Assembly: GCA_026416665.1 (NCBI GenBank)
Contig: JAOAET010000015.1
Coordinates: 4,433 to 68,432, forward strand
DNA: 64,000 nt
Origin: Candidatus Omnitrophota bacterium
GTDB lineage: Bacteria > Omnitrophota > Gorgyraeia > Gygaellales > Profunditerraquicolaceae
Reading direction: 5' to 3'
Under the pieces are notes generated by a model that saw nothing but the letters and a program-made list of their open reading frames with translations, was not told the DNA's origin and did not search any database. How positions within the stretch are numbered: the first letter of the stretch is position 1; each line of letters begins with the position of its first letter. Shown piece after piece: positions 7,828-18,093 of the stretch. A program made the translations under genes and the position numbers.

Positions 7828-8850
7828 CTACTTTTTTATCTTTTGGATTTGTTTTTGGATTTCTCTTACTGTATCAAAAAGTTTTGGTAGGTTCTTATAA
7901 AGCACCCGCACCTTTTTCTCTTCTTCTGCTGGTTGTGCAGGTGCACCCCAAACCACTTGACCACTAGGTATATCTTTAGATACCCCAGAACGTGCCATAA
8001 CGATAACATTATCACCAATACTGATATGCCCCACAACCCCACATTGCCCAGCCAAAATCACATTATTGCCAATAACTGTACTTCCGGATATACCTGTTTG
8101 CGCAACAATAATACAGTTCTTTCCTATTTTAACATTGTGGGCAATTTGTACCAGATTATCAATTTTTGTGCCTGCACCAATGATGGTGCGGTCAAAACGC
8201 GCACGATCTACTGTGGTGTTGGCACCAATTTCCACGTCATCCTCTATGACTACATATCCAACCTGAGGAATTTTTTGATGTCTACCATTTACTGTTACAA
8301 AACCAAAGCCATCTGAACCAATTACTGCGCCATTATGAATTATTACGCGATTACCTATATAAGTGCGCTCACGAATAGAGACATTAGCATAAATAACCGT
8401 ATCTGACCCAATCTGACAGGCTTCTGCAATGTAGACATTAGGGTAAATTACGGTATTGTCTCCAATAACAGTACCTTTTTCAATAACTGCACAGGCACCG
8501 ATGCTAACATTTTTACCCAGTTTTACTGATGGGTCAATTACTGCCTTTGGGTGAATTCCCTGAAAGTGTTTTTTCTGCGAACCAGAAAATGCCTCTACTA
8601 CTTTTACAAAAGCCAAAGAAGGATTATCCACGCGTATCCCTGGCTTTGACTTAAGTTCAACTGTTCTATCCACTATAATTGCAGAGGCACGTGTCTGGGA
8701 TAAGAAACCAGCATACTTGGGATTAGCCAGAAAAGTTATATCTCCCTCTTGAGCATCTTCTATCCCTGCAAAAGAACGAATAATAACAGAACCATTACCT
8801 ATAACTTCTCCACCAATAAGCTGAGCTATATCTGATAATGTCCTTTCCAT
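7828..8850 (-). CDS. lpxD: UDP-3-O-acylglucosamine N-acyltransferase
   Basis: ITFLANPKY, GSDGFGF, IGANTTVDR, KIDNLVQIAHN. Confidence 0.97.
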   Translation of the reverse strand: MERTLSDIAQLIGGEVIGNGSVIIRSFAGIEDAQEGDITFLANPKYAGFLSQTRASAIIVDRTVELKSKPGIRVDNPSLAFVKVVEAFSGSQKKHFQGIHPKAVIDPSVKLGKNVSIGACAVIEKGTVIGDNTVIYPNVYIAEACQIGSDTVIYANVSIRERTYIGNRVIIHNGAVIGSDGFGFVTVNGRHQKIPQVGYVVIEDDVEIGANTTVDRARFDRTIIGAGTKIDNLVQIAHNVKIGKNCIIVAQTGISGSTVIGNNVILAGQCGVVGHISIGDNVIVMARSGVSKDIPSGQVVWGAPAQPAEEEKKVRVLYKNLPKLFDTVREIQKQIQKIKK

Positions 8851-8858
8851 AAATTGGC

Positions 8859-9392
8859 TTATTTTTTCTTTGGTGTAGAAACCTGTGTCGGTTTATTTTT
8901 GTTGATTATCTCAATAATCTTATCAGTAATGTCTAAACTCTTATCTTGATAGACAAGTACACGGTCGTTAAAGACTAAAGTATAACCTTGTTGCTGACAA
9001 TATTGCTTAATTGCTTCATTGATATCCTTTAATAACTCCTTCATCTTCTCATCTTGCTCTTTTCGCAAATCACCTTGTTTAGAACGGTCAAATTCCTGAA
9101 GGTTCTTTATCTTATTTTCTAGCTCTGCTTTTTTGGCATCTTTTTCTTTGTCGCTTAAGAGATTCATTTTATCTTGAAACTGCTTTATTTCACTGACCAT
9201 CTTATCACGCTCTTGCTCGTAAGCATTTTGTTTATCTCCCAGTATCTTGTCATATTCCTGTGTCTTGTAATATTCACTAAAAATTTTAGTCAAATCCACA
9301 TAGGCAACCTTAAGCTGCTGTGCAAAACAAACATTACCTAAAAAAACAACACCCAAGCTTGCAAGCAAAAGCAAAACAACTTTTTGTTTCAT
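8859..9392 (-). CDS. skp: OmpH/Skp periplasmic chaperone
   Basis: Signal peptide, KVAYVD, coiled coil, DITDKII. Located between bamA and lpxD. Confidence 0.93.
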   Translation of the reverse strand: MKQKVVLLLLASLGVVFLGNVCFAQQLKVAYVDLTKIFSEYYKTQEYDKILGDKQNAYEQERDKMVSEIKQFQDKMNLLSDKEKDAKKAELENKIKNLQEFDRSKQGDLRKEQDEKMKELLKDINEAIKQYCQQQGYTLVFNDRVLVYQDKSLDITDKIIEIINKNKPTQVSTPKKK

Positions 9393-9507
9393 CTCTTCCT
9401 CCTTTTATTGTCTAGTAGTAGCGGTTATCCCGTTTTACTTTCAAAACCAGTTTTTTTGTCTTTTCTGATGTTTTATAAACTTATAAGGGATTTTCTAAAG
9501 TGGTTGT

Positions 9508-11859
9508 CTAGAAGAGACTGTAGCCCATACTAAAGTGGAACATACCATTATCTTTCTCTGTCTCTCCTGACTCAGGATCTAAGGGGATACCATAGTACAA
9601 AAGAAGCGGACCTATAGGGGTTTTAATACGAAATCCTATACCTGTTCCTGACTTATAACCACCTTGTCCAATATCACTTGCCTTTGCCCAGACATTTCCT
9701 ATATCATAAAAAACTCCCATCCGGATATATTTTACAAGAGGAACTACTAACTCGGCGTTTAACACTACTAATGACTCTCCACCAATGGGGTCTTTAGAAA
9801 GTGCATCAATTGGTCCTATAGAACGTTCATGATAACCCCGAACACTATAAATACCACCACAGAAAAAGCGGTCAAAAATAGGAATTTTTTCTGTTGAACT
9901 AAATGGCCGTGCATACCCAATTCTTCCACGTAGTTCTATCACTGAATCATGTGGAAGTGGCATATAGTGCTCTAATGTACCAGAATATTTCCAGAAATCC
10001 TTATCCCCTCCAAAAGGTCCGCCTGCAACCGTTAAGGCATTACCAAATACGTTGCCACGCAAAGGCACAAAGATATTGTCTCGGGTGTCCATAGTCACCT
10101 CAGTTGTAAAACTTGAGACATTGTTTGTGCCAACTTCAGCCAATAAATCATTTGAGGCAGTTTCTGTTACATCTGCAATACGAATACGGTCATAACGATA
10201 AACTGTGTTTATCTTCCAATATTCTCCTATCTCTTTTCCCAGACGCAGTGCTCCACCGGTTACCTTCTCATCATAACCATAACCTACATCTGTCTCTCGG
10301 TCATGTTGGGTCTGATAAATATCAAATCCAAAAGAAAGCGGATAATCAAACAACCATGGCTCAGTAAAACTTAGTATCATACTATCTGATAAAGAACCTA
10401 TTGATGCACGTAGTTTTAGATTTTGACCTGCACCAGTAAAGTATGGCCAGTTTTTCCAATCAAAATTCTTCTGTTCAAGTTCAATAAACCCCACAAACTT
10501 CTCTACACTAGAGTATCCTCCACCAAAAGAAAGTTGCCCAGTCTTTGTTTCTTTTACCTCTACTACCAAGTCTTTATAATCTTCTTTATTGGTATCTTCA
10601 GTATCATACCGAATTTCCTCGAAGTAGCCTAGATTCTGTAGGCGCTCTTTGCTCCTTCTTAACTTATCCCCATCAAAACGCTCACCCGGTCTAATACGTA
10701 GCTCTCTGCGGATAACAATGTCTTTTGTCTTAACATTGCCCTGTATTTTAATTTGATTTACATAGATAACATTATTTTCAGTAATATTTATAATAACATC
10801 TACTCTTCCTGTATCGCGATTAAGGGCAGTGGTCTCCTGCACCTGTGCCATAATGTAACCACGGTCAAAATATAATCCTTGAATGTTAGAGATGTCTGAC
10901 TTAAGTGCCTCATAGCTAAATATAGAACCAGGACTTGAATCTTTCACTTTAGAAAGTATCTCTGACTCCGAGATGTCTTTGTTACCCTGTACCATAAAAC
11001 TACCTACTCTGTATAACTTACCTTCCTCTATTTTAATAGTTATATAAAGAAATCTACCTGAAGGATCTGTTTCAATCTCATACTTGGCGGTGGCATCAAT
11101 ATAACCATTATTATTGTAAAAAGTCTTGATGCGCTCAATATCCTCTTCTAAAACATCTTCCTTCAAAATTCCTGCGTTAAACATCCACGCACGTTTGGTT
11201 TTCATTATTTTTAAGATTCTTCGGTCAGAAAAGTGTAAGTTTCCTTCTATATAAATTGCCTGAATTCTCTGGCGTCTGCCTTCAGTGATATTAAATTCTA
11301 AAACAGCTTTACGTGTATCTGGGGCAATAGTATAAGAACTTTCTACCTCTACGTCTCTAAACCCTTTTTTGGCGTATAATTCCTTTAAGGCTTGGACGTC
11401 ACTGGCTATTAATGCCTCATCTAAAGGTTGACCCTCTTTAGATTTTATAGTGTTTTGAATTGTCTTACTTGAGATTGCTAATCTTTTTTTTGCGCCAATG
11501 ACCTTTATTTTATCAATAATAGGCCGTTCCTCAACTTTAATAATTACCTTTACTCCGTCTTTGTAAGGTTCAGTTGAAATTTTGATATCGCTAAAATACC
11601 CCAATAGATACAACCTCTTTAAGTCGTCACTGACGATGGTATCTTGGTAAACACTACCTACCCGAATTCGCAACTTTGAAAGGATAGTGGTTGTGCTTAT
11701 AGAGGTATTTCCCTGAACTTCAATAGCGGTGATTGTCTTTCCCTGGGGCTGTAAGGTGGAATTATCCTGTGCCCATACAGCAAAAGAGGTAGCTATTATC
11801 AGGAAAGTTATCCCTACCACTATACTTCTCTGTTTTAATTGAACAATAAAATTATACAT
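9508..11859 (-). CDS. bamA: Outer-membrane assembly factor BamA
   Basis: Five POTRA-like repeats, VRGY motif, C-terminal barrel ending in F. Confidence 0.96.
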   Translation of the reverse strand: MYNFIVQLKQRSIVVGITFLIIATSFAVWAQDNSTLQPQGKTITAIEVQGNTSISTTTILSKLRIRVGSVYQDTIVSDDLKRLYLLGYFSDIKISTEPYKDGVKVIIKVEERPIIDKIKVIGAKKRLAISSKTIQNTIKSKEGQPLDEALIASDVQALKELYAKKGFRDVEVESSYTIAPDTRKAVLEFNITEGRRQRIQAIYIEGNLHFSDRRILKIMKTKRAWMFNAGILKEDVLEEDIERIKTFYNNNGYIDATAKYEIETDPSGRFLYITIKIEEGKLYRVGSFMVQGNKDISESEILSKVKDSSPGSIFSYEALKSDISNIQGLYFDRGYIMAQVQETTALNRDTGRVDVIINITENNVIYVNQIKIQGNVKTKDIVIRRELRIRPGERFDGDKLRRSKERLQNLGYFEEIRYDTEDTNKEDYKDLVVEVKETKTGQLSFGGGYSSVEKFVGFIELEQKNFDWKNWPYFTGAGQNLKLRASIGSLSDSMILSFTEPWLFDYPLSFGFDIYQTQHDRETDVGYGYDEKVTGGALRLGKEIGEYWKINTVYRYDRIRIADVTETASNDLLAEVGTNNVSSFTTEVTMDTRDNIFVPLRGNVFGNALTVAGGPFGGDKDFWKYSGTLEHYMPLPHDSVIELRGRIGYARPFSSTEKIPIFDRFFCGGIYSVRGYHERSIGPIDALSKDPIGGESLVVLNAELVVPLVKYIRMGVFYDIGNVWAKASDIGQGGYKSGTGIGFRIKTPIGPLLLYYGIPLDPESGETEKDNGMFHFSMGYSLF

Positions 11860-11885
11860 TTTTAGATCCTTGCTAAATTGAAATT

Positions 11886-11913
11886 AGTATACCATAGTAA
11901 AACTAAAAAGCAA
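11886..11913 (-). promoter_or_regulatory. Promoter for the bamA-lpx operon
   Basis: TTGCTT-16 nt-TATACT with extended -10 TG. Confidence 0.5.
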
Positions 11914-11951
11914 AGAGTTTTTCCAGTTCCCAGGTCAGTTAGACAAACTTT

Positions 11952-14405
11952 TCAGGTTTGACTTTGTGTGTTTAATCCTTTCGTATATGAAATTATATTT
12001 TGCCGTATCATCTGAATAAAAGTATCCGCTAAAGCAGGGTTAAACTGTATTCCTTTTGCTCTTTCTATTTCAGCTAAGGCCTCCTCAACAGACAAGGCCT
12101 TTTTATAGTCACGGCCCGTAGTCAAAGCATCGTAAACATCTGCTAATGCTAAAATCTGGGCTGCTTGTGGTATTGCATCGCCACCTAAACCATGAGGATA
12201 ACCCTTGCCATCCCAACGCTCATGGTGATAAAGAATCCAAGGTAAAATATCCGCCATTCCCTTTAATGGTTCTAAGATTCTTATAGCAATAATTTCATGT
12301 TTCTTGATAAAATCATATTCTTCATCAGTAAGACGCTCTTTCTTGTGCAGTATACTATCCGGAATACCAATCTTTCCCAAGTCATGTAAGAGGGCTGCTT
12401 TTCTAAGCTTCTCCTTTTCTTGTTTGCTCCATCCTAAACGGTCAGCTAATGATAAAGCATAGTGCATTACTCTGGTAGAATGTCCCTGAGTATAAGGGTC
12501 ACGTGCCTCTAGGGCATTAACCAAGGACAAAATAACCTCAAAAAAAATTTCCTGATTGCGAATTTGCTCTTTTTTAAGCTCTTCAATTACATTAAGAAGT
12601 TGTCTGTTTTTTTCCTCCAAATCTGCATCTAATAATTCTAAGAACTGTTGCTCAAGTTGTGTTTCGCTGATAAACCTTTTTTGTAAAATATTTAAGCTTT
12701 CTTCATCAACAGTAGAAATTGGAGTAGTCTGACTATTTATTCTATCAAATAATATCGCTAGAACTTGACGTATTCTGTATTCTCTATGCCAAAGTAAATA
12801 ACAAATTTTTACTTTTACCTTAAGGGCCTTTTCTTCAAACAACATACGCAAAGAAGCAGATAAAACTTCAAGCATATGACTAAATTCTTGTTTGCTAGCA
12901 GGTATTGCTCCTACCACCGCCTCAGAAGAATATACTGCCCAGAAACTACCTTTTATCTGCAATGTCTGACGAATCATTTGCCAAATTCGACGTATACTTG
13001 CTAAAGGCATATCTTGTAATTCATCTTTTAATGATTCAAATAGAATAAAAATGCAGTAAAGTTTTCTGCCAAAATAAAAACGTTGAGCTACAAAATCAAA
13101 ATAGTAACAAAAATACCTCAGAGTGTAAAGACCGCGCACAGGATCTTGAGAAACTTTATGTTTTATCTCAGCAAGAGCAACTAAGTAACGTAGATATTTA
13201 TAAAGAAGTATAAACAGAGAAAAGGTCAATATAGATAACGCAATGATGGCAAAAGATAATTCAATTCCCATAAATCTGAAAATTATGGAATACCAGAAAC
13301 CAAGAATTAATACCCCACAAGTTATAATAAGTTGTATTCCTAATCCACCTATGGGACTTAAATAAAGAACCAAACCACAACAGACTAAAGCACCTAAAAG
13401 TGTAAGAAGCTTACTTTTTACTAAAAATTTTTGTGAAATAATGTTTAGAAAACCATTCAAATGAAGATATCCACCTGGCCATTTCCCTAGTGGTGTAATA
13501 ACTGTATCGTGTAAAACTTCTGCGTCAGGATAGATAAACACTATACTATCTTTTAAAAAATCTTCTCCTAATAATTTTTTGAGTTTTTCTAAATTGGCAT
13601 AGAGATCGTAAAATCTAATTCGTTTCACTACAGTTGGTGACGAAAAAGGGGGTAAATCAGCTGTTTGCATAATGGTCGGTTTCACTAAGTAATTTATAAA
13701 AAAAGAAGAAGCCATAATTTTTCCAGCGCGATATGGAACAAGCGGAATAAACTTTACCAGCTTTTCAGCACTTACCCCTAATGTAGTTGCAGCAAGCTGT
13801 AACGACAATGAATAAGCGGAATTAGGGAAAATATTAGTATTAGTATTAGTATTAGTATTTACATAAGCAAAAAGACGCCTGCTTACCCCATCTTTATCTG
13901 TAGGCACATCTACTAAACCTAGAACACAGTTAGGGTTATTTTGGAACTCAGGCTCTGGTAAAATAAAAGAATCACTGCCATAATAATTAAACATAAAAGC
14001 TAAAATAACCTTGGTATCAGTTATTTGTTTTATGGCCTGTGCAAAAGTTGTATCCTCTGTAGGGTCTTGGGATTTTCCTCTGAATACCAAATCAAATGCA
14101 ACCACTTTTACTTTTTCTTCATTTAAGGTCTTTAGTAATTTTGCATAAATAGAACGGCGAAAAGGATAGATAGATTCTATCTTACTAATACTTTCATCAT
14201 CAATACCAACAGCATATATTTTAAGCTTAGGCATGCGCTGAGTAAGGATTTTCTGAAAAAATGAATTGGAATGGATATAACGTAAAGGGAGGTCATCCAA
14301 AAAGAAAAATAACCTACACGGCCATAATAAAACAAGTGTGGTTATCAGAATAACAGTGAAAAACGCAACAACTTTAAGAACAAAGAAATCTCTATTTTCT
14401 TTCAA
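11952..14405 (-). CDS. Membrane CHASE2 sensor with degenerate GGDEF-like region and HD-GYP phosphodiesterase
   Basis: CHASE2 (VGIDDESI, VAFDLVF, DKDGVSRR, TPLGKWPG), 3 TM helices, DPVRGLYTLRYF, then GHSTRV, LHDLGK, HHERWDGKGYP and LADVYDALT. Confidence 0.88.
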   Translation of the reverse strand: MKENRDFFVLKVVAFFTVILITTLVLLWPCRLFFFLDDLPLRYIHSNSFFQKILTQRMPKLKIYAVGIDDESISKIESIYPFRRSIYAKLLKTLNEEKVKVVAFDLVFRGKSQDPTEDTTFAQAIKQITDTKVILAFMFNYYGSDSFILPEPEFQNNPNCVLGLVDVPTDKDGVSRRLFAYVNTNTNTNTNIFPNSAYSLSLQLAATTLGVSAEKLVKFIPLVPYRAGKIMASSFFINYLVKPTIMQTADLPPFSSPTVVKRIRFYDLYANLEKLKKLLGEDFLKDSIVFIYPDAEVLHDTVITPLGKWPGGYLHLNGFLNIISQKFLVKSKLLTLLGALVCCGLVLYLSPIGGLGIQLIITCGVLILGFWYSIIFRFMGIELSFAIIALSILTFSLFILLYKYLRYLVALAEIKHKVSQDPVRGLYTLRYFCYYFDFVAQRFYFGRKLYCIFILFESLKDELQDMPLASIRRIWQMIRQTLQIKGSFWAVYSSEAVVGAIPASKQEFSHMLEVLSASLRMLFEEKALKVKVKICYLLWHREYRIRQVLAILFDRINSQTTPISTVDEESLNILQKRFISETQLEQQFLELLDADLEEKNRQLLNVIEELKKEQIRNQEIFFEVILSLVNALEARDPYTQGHSTRVMHYALSLADRLGWSKQEKEKLRKAALLHDLGKIGIPDSILHKKERLTDEEYDFIKKHEIIAIRILEPLKGMADILPWILYHHERWDGKGYPHGLGGDAIPQAAQILALADVYDALTTGRDYKKALSVEEALAEIERAKGIQFNPALADTFIQMIRQNIISYTKGLNTQSQT
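13832..13859. repeat. In-frame hexamer tandem repeat (TATTAG)x4+TATT
   Basis: Directly visible. Encodes NTNTNTNTN inside the CHASE2 region. Confidence 0.9.
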
Positions 14406-14476
14406 TTGAAAAACTTTTTATTTTCTTTCTGATGCTGTTAGCCCTGCCTTGTCTAATTAGATACCTAAATCCTCTA

Positions 14477-15115
14477 CTACTCTTTAGTCAAACTTATTTC
14501 ATTACGCACAATTGTATTGTCTTTACGGATACCTAAACCGAATCTTTTTCTTTTTAAATAATCTATATGTCGACACTTAAGTTCACTAATCTCGCCATTA
14601 AAACTAAACTCATCACTATCACCAATTAGAACAACCGTTGAATTTAGCTGTTGGTATCTTTTTATCCCCATATCTATTAAACCCTTATAAAGGGCGTAAG
14701 AAGTCTGACCACCTGTTTTTGTAGGTGGGGTATTATCTTTGGGACAAGATATCAAGTTTAAATCAAACTCAGCTAATGTATAAATAAACGGTTCAGCAAA
14801 AGCTATTGAACAAGAAGTTATATATTCGGATAAACCACTTAATTTGATTATACGGCGTTTATTATTCAGTTGAGAACAAGCGTATGAAAAATATCTCTTC
14901 GGTAAGTGACTAAGCGACTGTGGGCCATAATCATGGTCAAGCATATACAGATCCAACGCATGTTTTATTAAACGTAGATTGGCTTCACAGGTCTTTGCTT
15001 TAGAATTCTCTACCCATTGGGCCAAGGGAATCAATGCAAGAAAGCTGATAATTCCTAGAATAACGATAGTTGTCAGAATTTCTAAAAAAGTAAAACTCTT
15101 TCCGTTAGATCTCAT
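14477..15115 (-). CDS. Type IV pilin / pseudopilin-like protein
   Basis: Class III signal KS|FTFLE with E at +5, hydrophobic helix, then CEANLRLIKHALDLY. Confidence 0.8.
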   Translation of the reverse strand: MRSNGKSFTFLEILTTIVILGIISFLALIPLAQWVENSKAKTCEANLRLIKHALDLYMLDHDYGPQSLSHLPKRYFSYACSQLNNKRRIIKLSGLSEYITSCSIAFAEPFIYTLAEFDLNLISCPKDNTPPTKTGGQTSYALYKGLIDMGIKRYQQLNSTVVLIGDSDEFSFNGEISELKCRHIDYLKRKRFGLGIRKDNTIVRNEISLTKE

Positions 15116-15196
15116 TTGCTATTTATTCACTAGAAACAATATTTTTACTTAACCCAGTTAGAATTTTTTCTCTGTGTATGTTTTGTGAAATCTTAT

Positions 15197-16549
15197 CTAT
15201 CCTTCAATTTGTGCCATATTCTCAAATCTAGTAAATTCTTTTAAGAAAGTTAAATTAAAAGAACCTACTGGGCCATTACGTTGCTTGGCAATAATTATTT
15301 CTGCCTTTCCTTCATTCTCAGGAGTAGGGTTGTAGTACTCTTCGCGTAAAATTAATACCACTAAATCAGCATCTTGCTCAATTGCTCCTGATTCGCGTAA
15401 ATCTGAAAGTTGCGGACGATGGTCCACCCGTGATTCTACTGCACGGGAAAGTTGGCTAATAGCAATCACCGCAACGTCAAGTTCCCTTGCTAATGCCTTC
15501 AATGCCCGAGAAATATCAGAAATTTCTTGTTGTCTGCTTTCAGCTGAACCACTTCCACGCATCAATTGTAAATAGTCTACTATAAGCAATTTTATATTAC
15601 AATTTGCTTTTAGTCTTCGTGCCTTTGCACGTAATTCTAATACTGAAATGGCGGGGGTATCATCAATAAAAATTGGTGCCTCAGAGAGTTTGCCTGCAGC
15701 AGCTGTCAAACGTGGCCAGTCAGAAGTAGCTAAATACCCAGTTCGCACTTTATTTGCATCTACTTTGGCGTGAGAACATAAAAGACGCTGGACAAGCTGT
15801 TCCTTAGACATTTCAAGAGAAAAAATAGCAAGAGGTACTTTGGCAATTACACCTGCATACTCAGCAATGCCCAACGCCAAAGCACTTTTTCCCATTGAGG
15901 GACGACCTGCGATAACAATTAAATCTGAAGGTTGTAAACCTGCGGTCATCCGATCAAAATCAATAAATCCGGTAGGAATACCTGTTACATGGGATTTATT
16001 CTGGTAAAGACGATCTATTGCCTCTATAGACTCTTTTATTATCTCTTTAATTGGTAAACAAGTAGATTGTGAACGTATATCACTAACTTCGAAAATAAGC
16101 CTTTCTGCCCGATCTACTAATTCATCTACTGGACCTTCATTCTCATGACAAAACTGAATAATTTTTTGCGCATTTGTAATCAAAGAACGCAAAATACTTT
16201 TCTCTTTAACAATAGCGACATAGTGAGCAATGTTTGCCGCAGAAGGAACAGTATTGACTAGCTCAGTAAGATAGCTAACCCCTCCTACCTCTTCGAGAAC
16301 TCCTAAACGCTTCAACTCATCAGTGACAGTAATAAGGTCAACTGCTTTGTTTTGGTTATATAAAGATAATATTACTTCAAAGATAATGCGATGGGCATTC
16401 TTATAAAAAGAATCTTTAGTTATTGATTCAATAGCAAAACCAATGGCGTTCTCATCAAGTAACAAAGAACCTAGTACAGCCATTTCTGCTTCTATATTCT
16501 GAGGCGGGATAATATCTTTTGGAAAGGCTTCTTTGGTCAGATTTGCCAT
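15197..16549 (-). CDS. dnaB: Replicative DNA helicase (no intein)
   Basis: PPQNIEAE, AGRPSMGKS, FSLEMS, VDYLQLM, SDLRESGAIEQDAD, KQRNGP. Confidence 0.97.
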   Translation of the reverse strand: MANLTKEAFPKDIIPPQNIEAEMAVLGSLLLDENAIGFAIESITKDSFYKNAHRIIFEVILSLYNQNKAVDLITVTDELKRLGVLEEVGGVSYLTELVNTVPSAANIAHYVAIVKEKSILRSLITNAQKIIQFCHENEGPVDELVDRAERLIFEVSDIRSQSTCLPIKEIIKESIEAIDRLYQNKSHVTGIPTGFIDFDRMTAGLQPSDLIVIAGRPSMGKSALALGIAEYAGVIAKVPLAIFSLEMSKEQLVQRLLCSHAKVDANKVRTGYLATSDWPRLTAAAGKLSEAPIFIDDTPAISVLELRAKARRLKANCNIKLLIVDYLQLMRGSGSAESRQQEISDISRALKALARELDVAVIAISQLSRAVESRVDHRPQLSDLRESGAIEQDADLVVLILREEYYNPTPENEGKAEIIIAKQRNGPVGSFNLTFLKEFTRFENMAQIEG

Positions 16550-16635
16550 ATAACAAGTCAATAAAGTGGAAGTAGTAATAAAAGATTATTTAAAAAATAA
16601 TTTGCGAACCTAAAAAGTATTTGTTAAAAATAAGA

Positions 16636-17079
16636 TTATTTCTTGACTACCCAAATCTTAAGCTGCCCTTCCACTTCTGGATGTAATTTTAAAGGAACTT
16701 GATAAATCCCTAAAGTCTTAATAGGTTCATTAATTATTATAGCACTTTCTTCAATATCTATACCCTCTTCTTTTAATGCTTGGCGTATTTCTTGCGGGCC
16801 TACTGACCCGTAAAGTTTGTCTTTTTCATGAACCAACACAGGTATAGTCAAAGACAAAGAAGAAAGTTTATTACGCAGCTTCTCTGCAGCTATCTTTGCC
16901 TGCTCAGCTTGCCGTTGGCGCATCTGTTTTATTTGTTCAAGCTTTCTAAGATTTTGCTCATTAGCAGGCAAAGCCAACTTACGTGGAAAAAGATAGTTCC
17001 TGGCATATCCATCTTTTACCTTCACAACAGCGTTTTCTTGTCCAAGGCCCTCAACGTTTTTGATTAAAATTACTTCCAT
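16636..17079 (-). CDS. rplI: 50S ribosomal protein bL9
   Basis: VKDGYARNYLFP, KLYGSV, LHPEV. Confidence 0.97.
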   Translation of the reverse strand: MEVILIKNVEGLGQENAVVKVKDGYARNYLFPRKLALPANEQNLRKLEQIKQMRQRQAEQAKIAAEKLRNKLSSLSLTIPVLVHEKDKLYGSVGPQEIRQALKEEGIDIEESAIIINEPIKTLGIYQVPLKLHPEVEGQLKIWVVKK

Positions 17080-17094
17080 ATCTTTTCTCTCCTA

Positions 17095-17367
17095 CTATAA
17101 ACGAACATAAGGCAATAAAGCAAGATAACGCGCTCGCTTGATTGCCACAGCTAACTGCCTTTGATGTTTAGCGCAATTACTCGAAGAACGAGAAGAAACA
17201 ATTCTACCGCGTTCTTTAATGAATGACTCCAAAACCTTAATCTCTTTATAGTCGATTTGTGATACATTATCTACACAAAAACGACAACTCTTTTTTCGTG
17301 TTTGTCCTATATTTGTTCGCTTCCGTTCGGTTTTTTTTCCACTTGAACCTTTTTTAGTTTGTGTCAT
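17095..17367 (-). CDS. rpsR: 30S ribosomal protein bS18 (Zn-binding form)
   Basis: [24 protein letters not shown]. Confidence 0.97.
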   Translation of the reverse strand: MTQTKKGSSGKKTERKRTNIGQTRKKSCRFCVDNVSQIDYKEIKVLESFIKERGRIVSSRSSSNCAKHQRQLAVAIKRARYLALLPYVRL

Positions 17368-17788
17368 TTATCTCTCCTTGCGTTTCATCTAACCATGCCG
17401 CCTCGCTAGTCTGCTCAGCAGCATTTGTCTCTTCCTCGGCTACATTAGTATTCTGGGCTTTGGGACCTAAGAACTGAACTCTTTCAGCCCTTACTTCTAT
17501 AACTGTTCTTTTTTTACCCTGAGGATCATCCCAACTACGCATTTGTAATCTACCTTCTACAAAAACTGGACTACCCTTTGTAAGAAATTGATTACAGCTT
17601 TCTGCCAATTTATTCCAGGCCACAACATTTAAAAAACAAACTTCCTCTTTTACTTCGCCTGCTTTATCTCTAAAGCGATGGCTGACTGCCAGTCCTAAGT
17701 TAGCAACAGCAGTTCCTTGTGGAGTATATCTAAGCTCAGGGTCGCGAGTTAAATTACCAATCAAAAATACCTTATTAAGATTTGCCAT
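17354..17788 (-). CDS. ssb: Single-stranded DNA-binding protein
   Basis: [24 protein letters not shown], acidic tail. Confidence 0.97.
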   Translation of the reverse strand: MANLNKVFLIGNLTRDPELRYTPQGTAVANLGLAVSHRFRDKAGEVKEEVCFLNVVAWNKLAESCNQFLTKGSPVFVEGRLQMRSWDDPQGKKRTVIEVRAERVQFLGPKAQNTNVAEEETNAAEQTSEAAWLDETQGEINDTN

Positions 17789-17796
17789 ACTACCTC

Positions 17797-18093
17797 CTAT
17801 GCCTTGGTGGTAAGATTAAGAATCAAAAATCGCAAAATACTTTCATTAAGTTTCAACGTATTTCTTATTCTGGCAACCGCATGCGGATTAACATTAAAAT
17901 GAATAAGGTAATATACACCTTCTTGTTTTTTCTTTATAGGATAAGCAAGTTGCCTTCTTTCAGACCATAAATTAGAATCGATTACTTTGCCTTCGTTTTT
18001 AGTAATAGTTTCTTGAATAAAATTAATAAGTTGGCTACGCTCATTATCTGAAAGTCCTGCGTCTAAAATAATCATTGCTTCATACTTATTCAT
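17797..18093 (-). CDS. rpsF: 30S ribosomal protein bS6
   Basis: YEAMIIL, RQLAYPIKK, ILRFL. rpsF-ssb-rpsR synteny. Confidence 0.95.
   Translation of the reverse strand: MNKYEAMIILDAGLSDNERSQLINFIQETITKNEGKVIDSNLWSERRQLAYPIKKKQEGVYYLIHFNVNPHAVARIRNTLKLNESILRFLILNLTTKA

Noticed and set aside
5657-8850. Repetitive periodicity in lpxA and lpxD
   Set aside because: Explained by ordinary hexapeptide beta-helix repeats.
1052-16549. Inteins in RtcB or DnaB, both known intein hosts
   Set aside because: Both proteins are of normal length with contiguous motifs and no intein signature.
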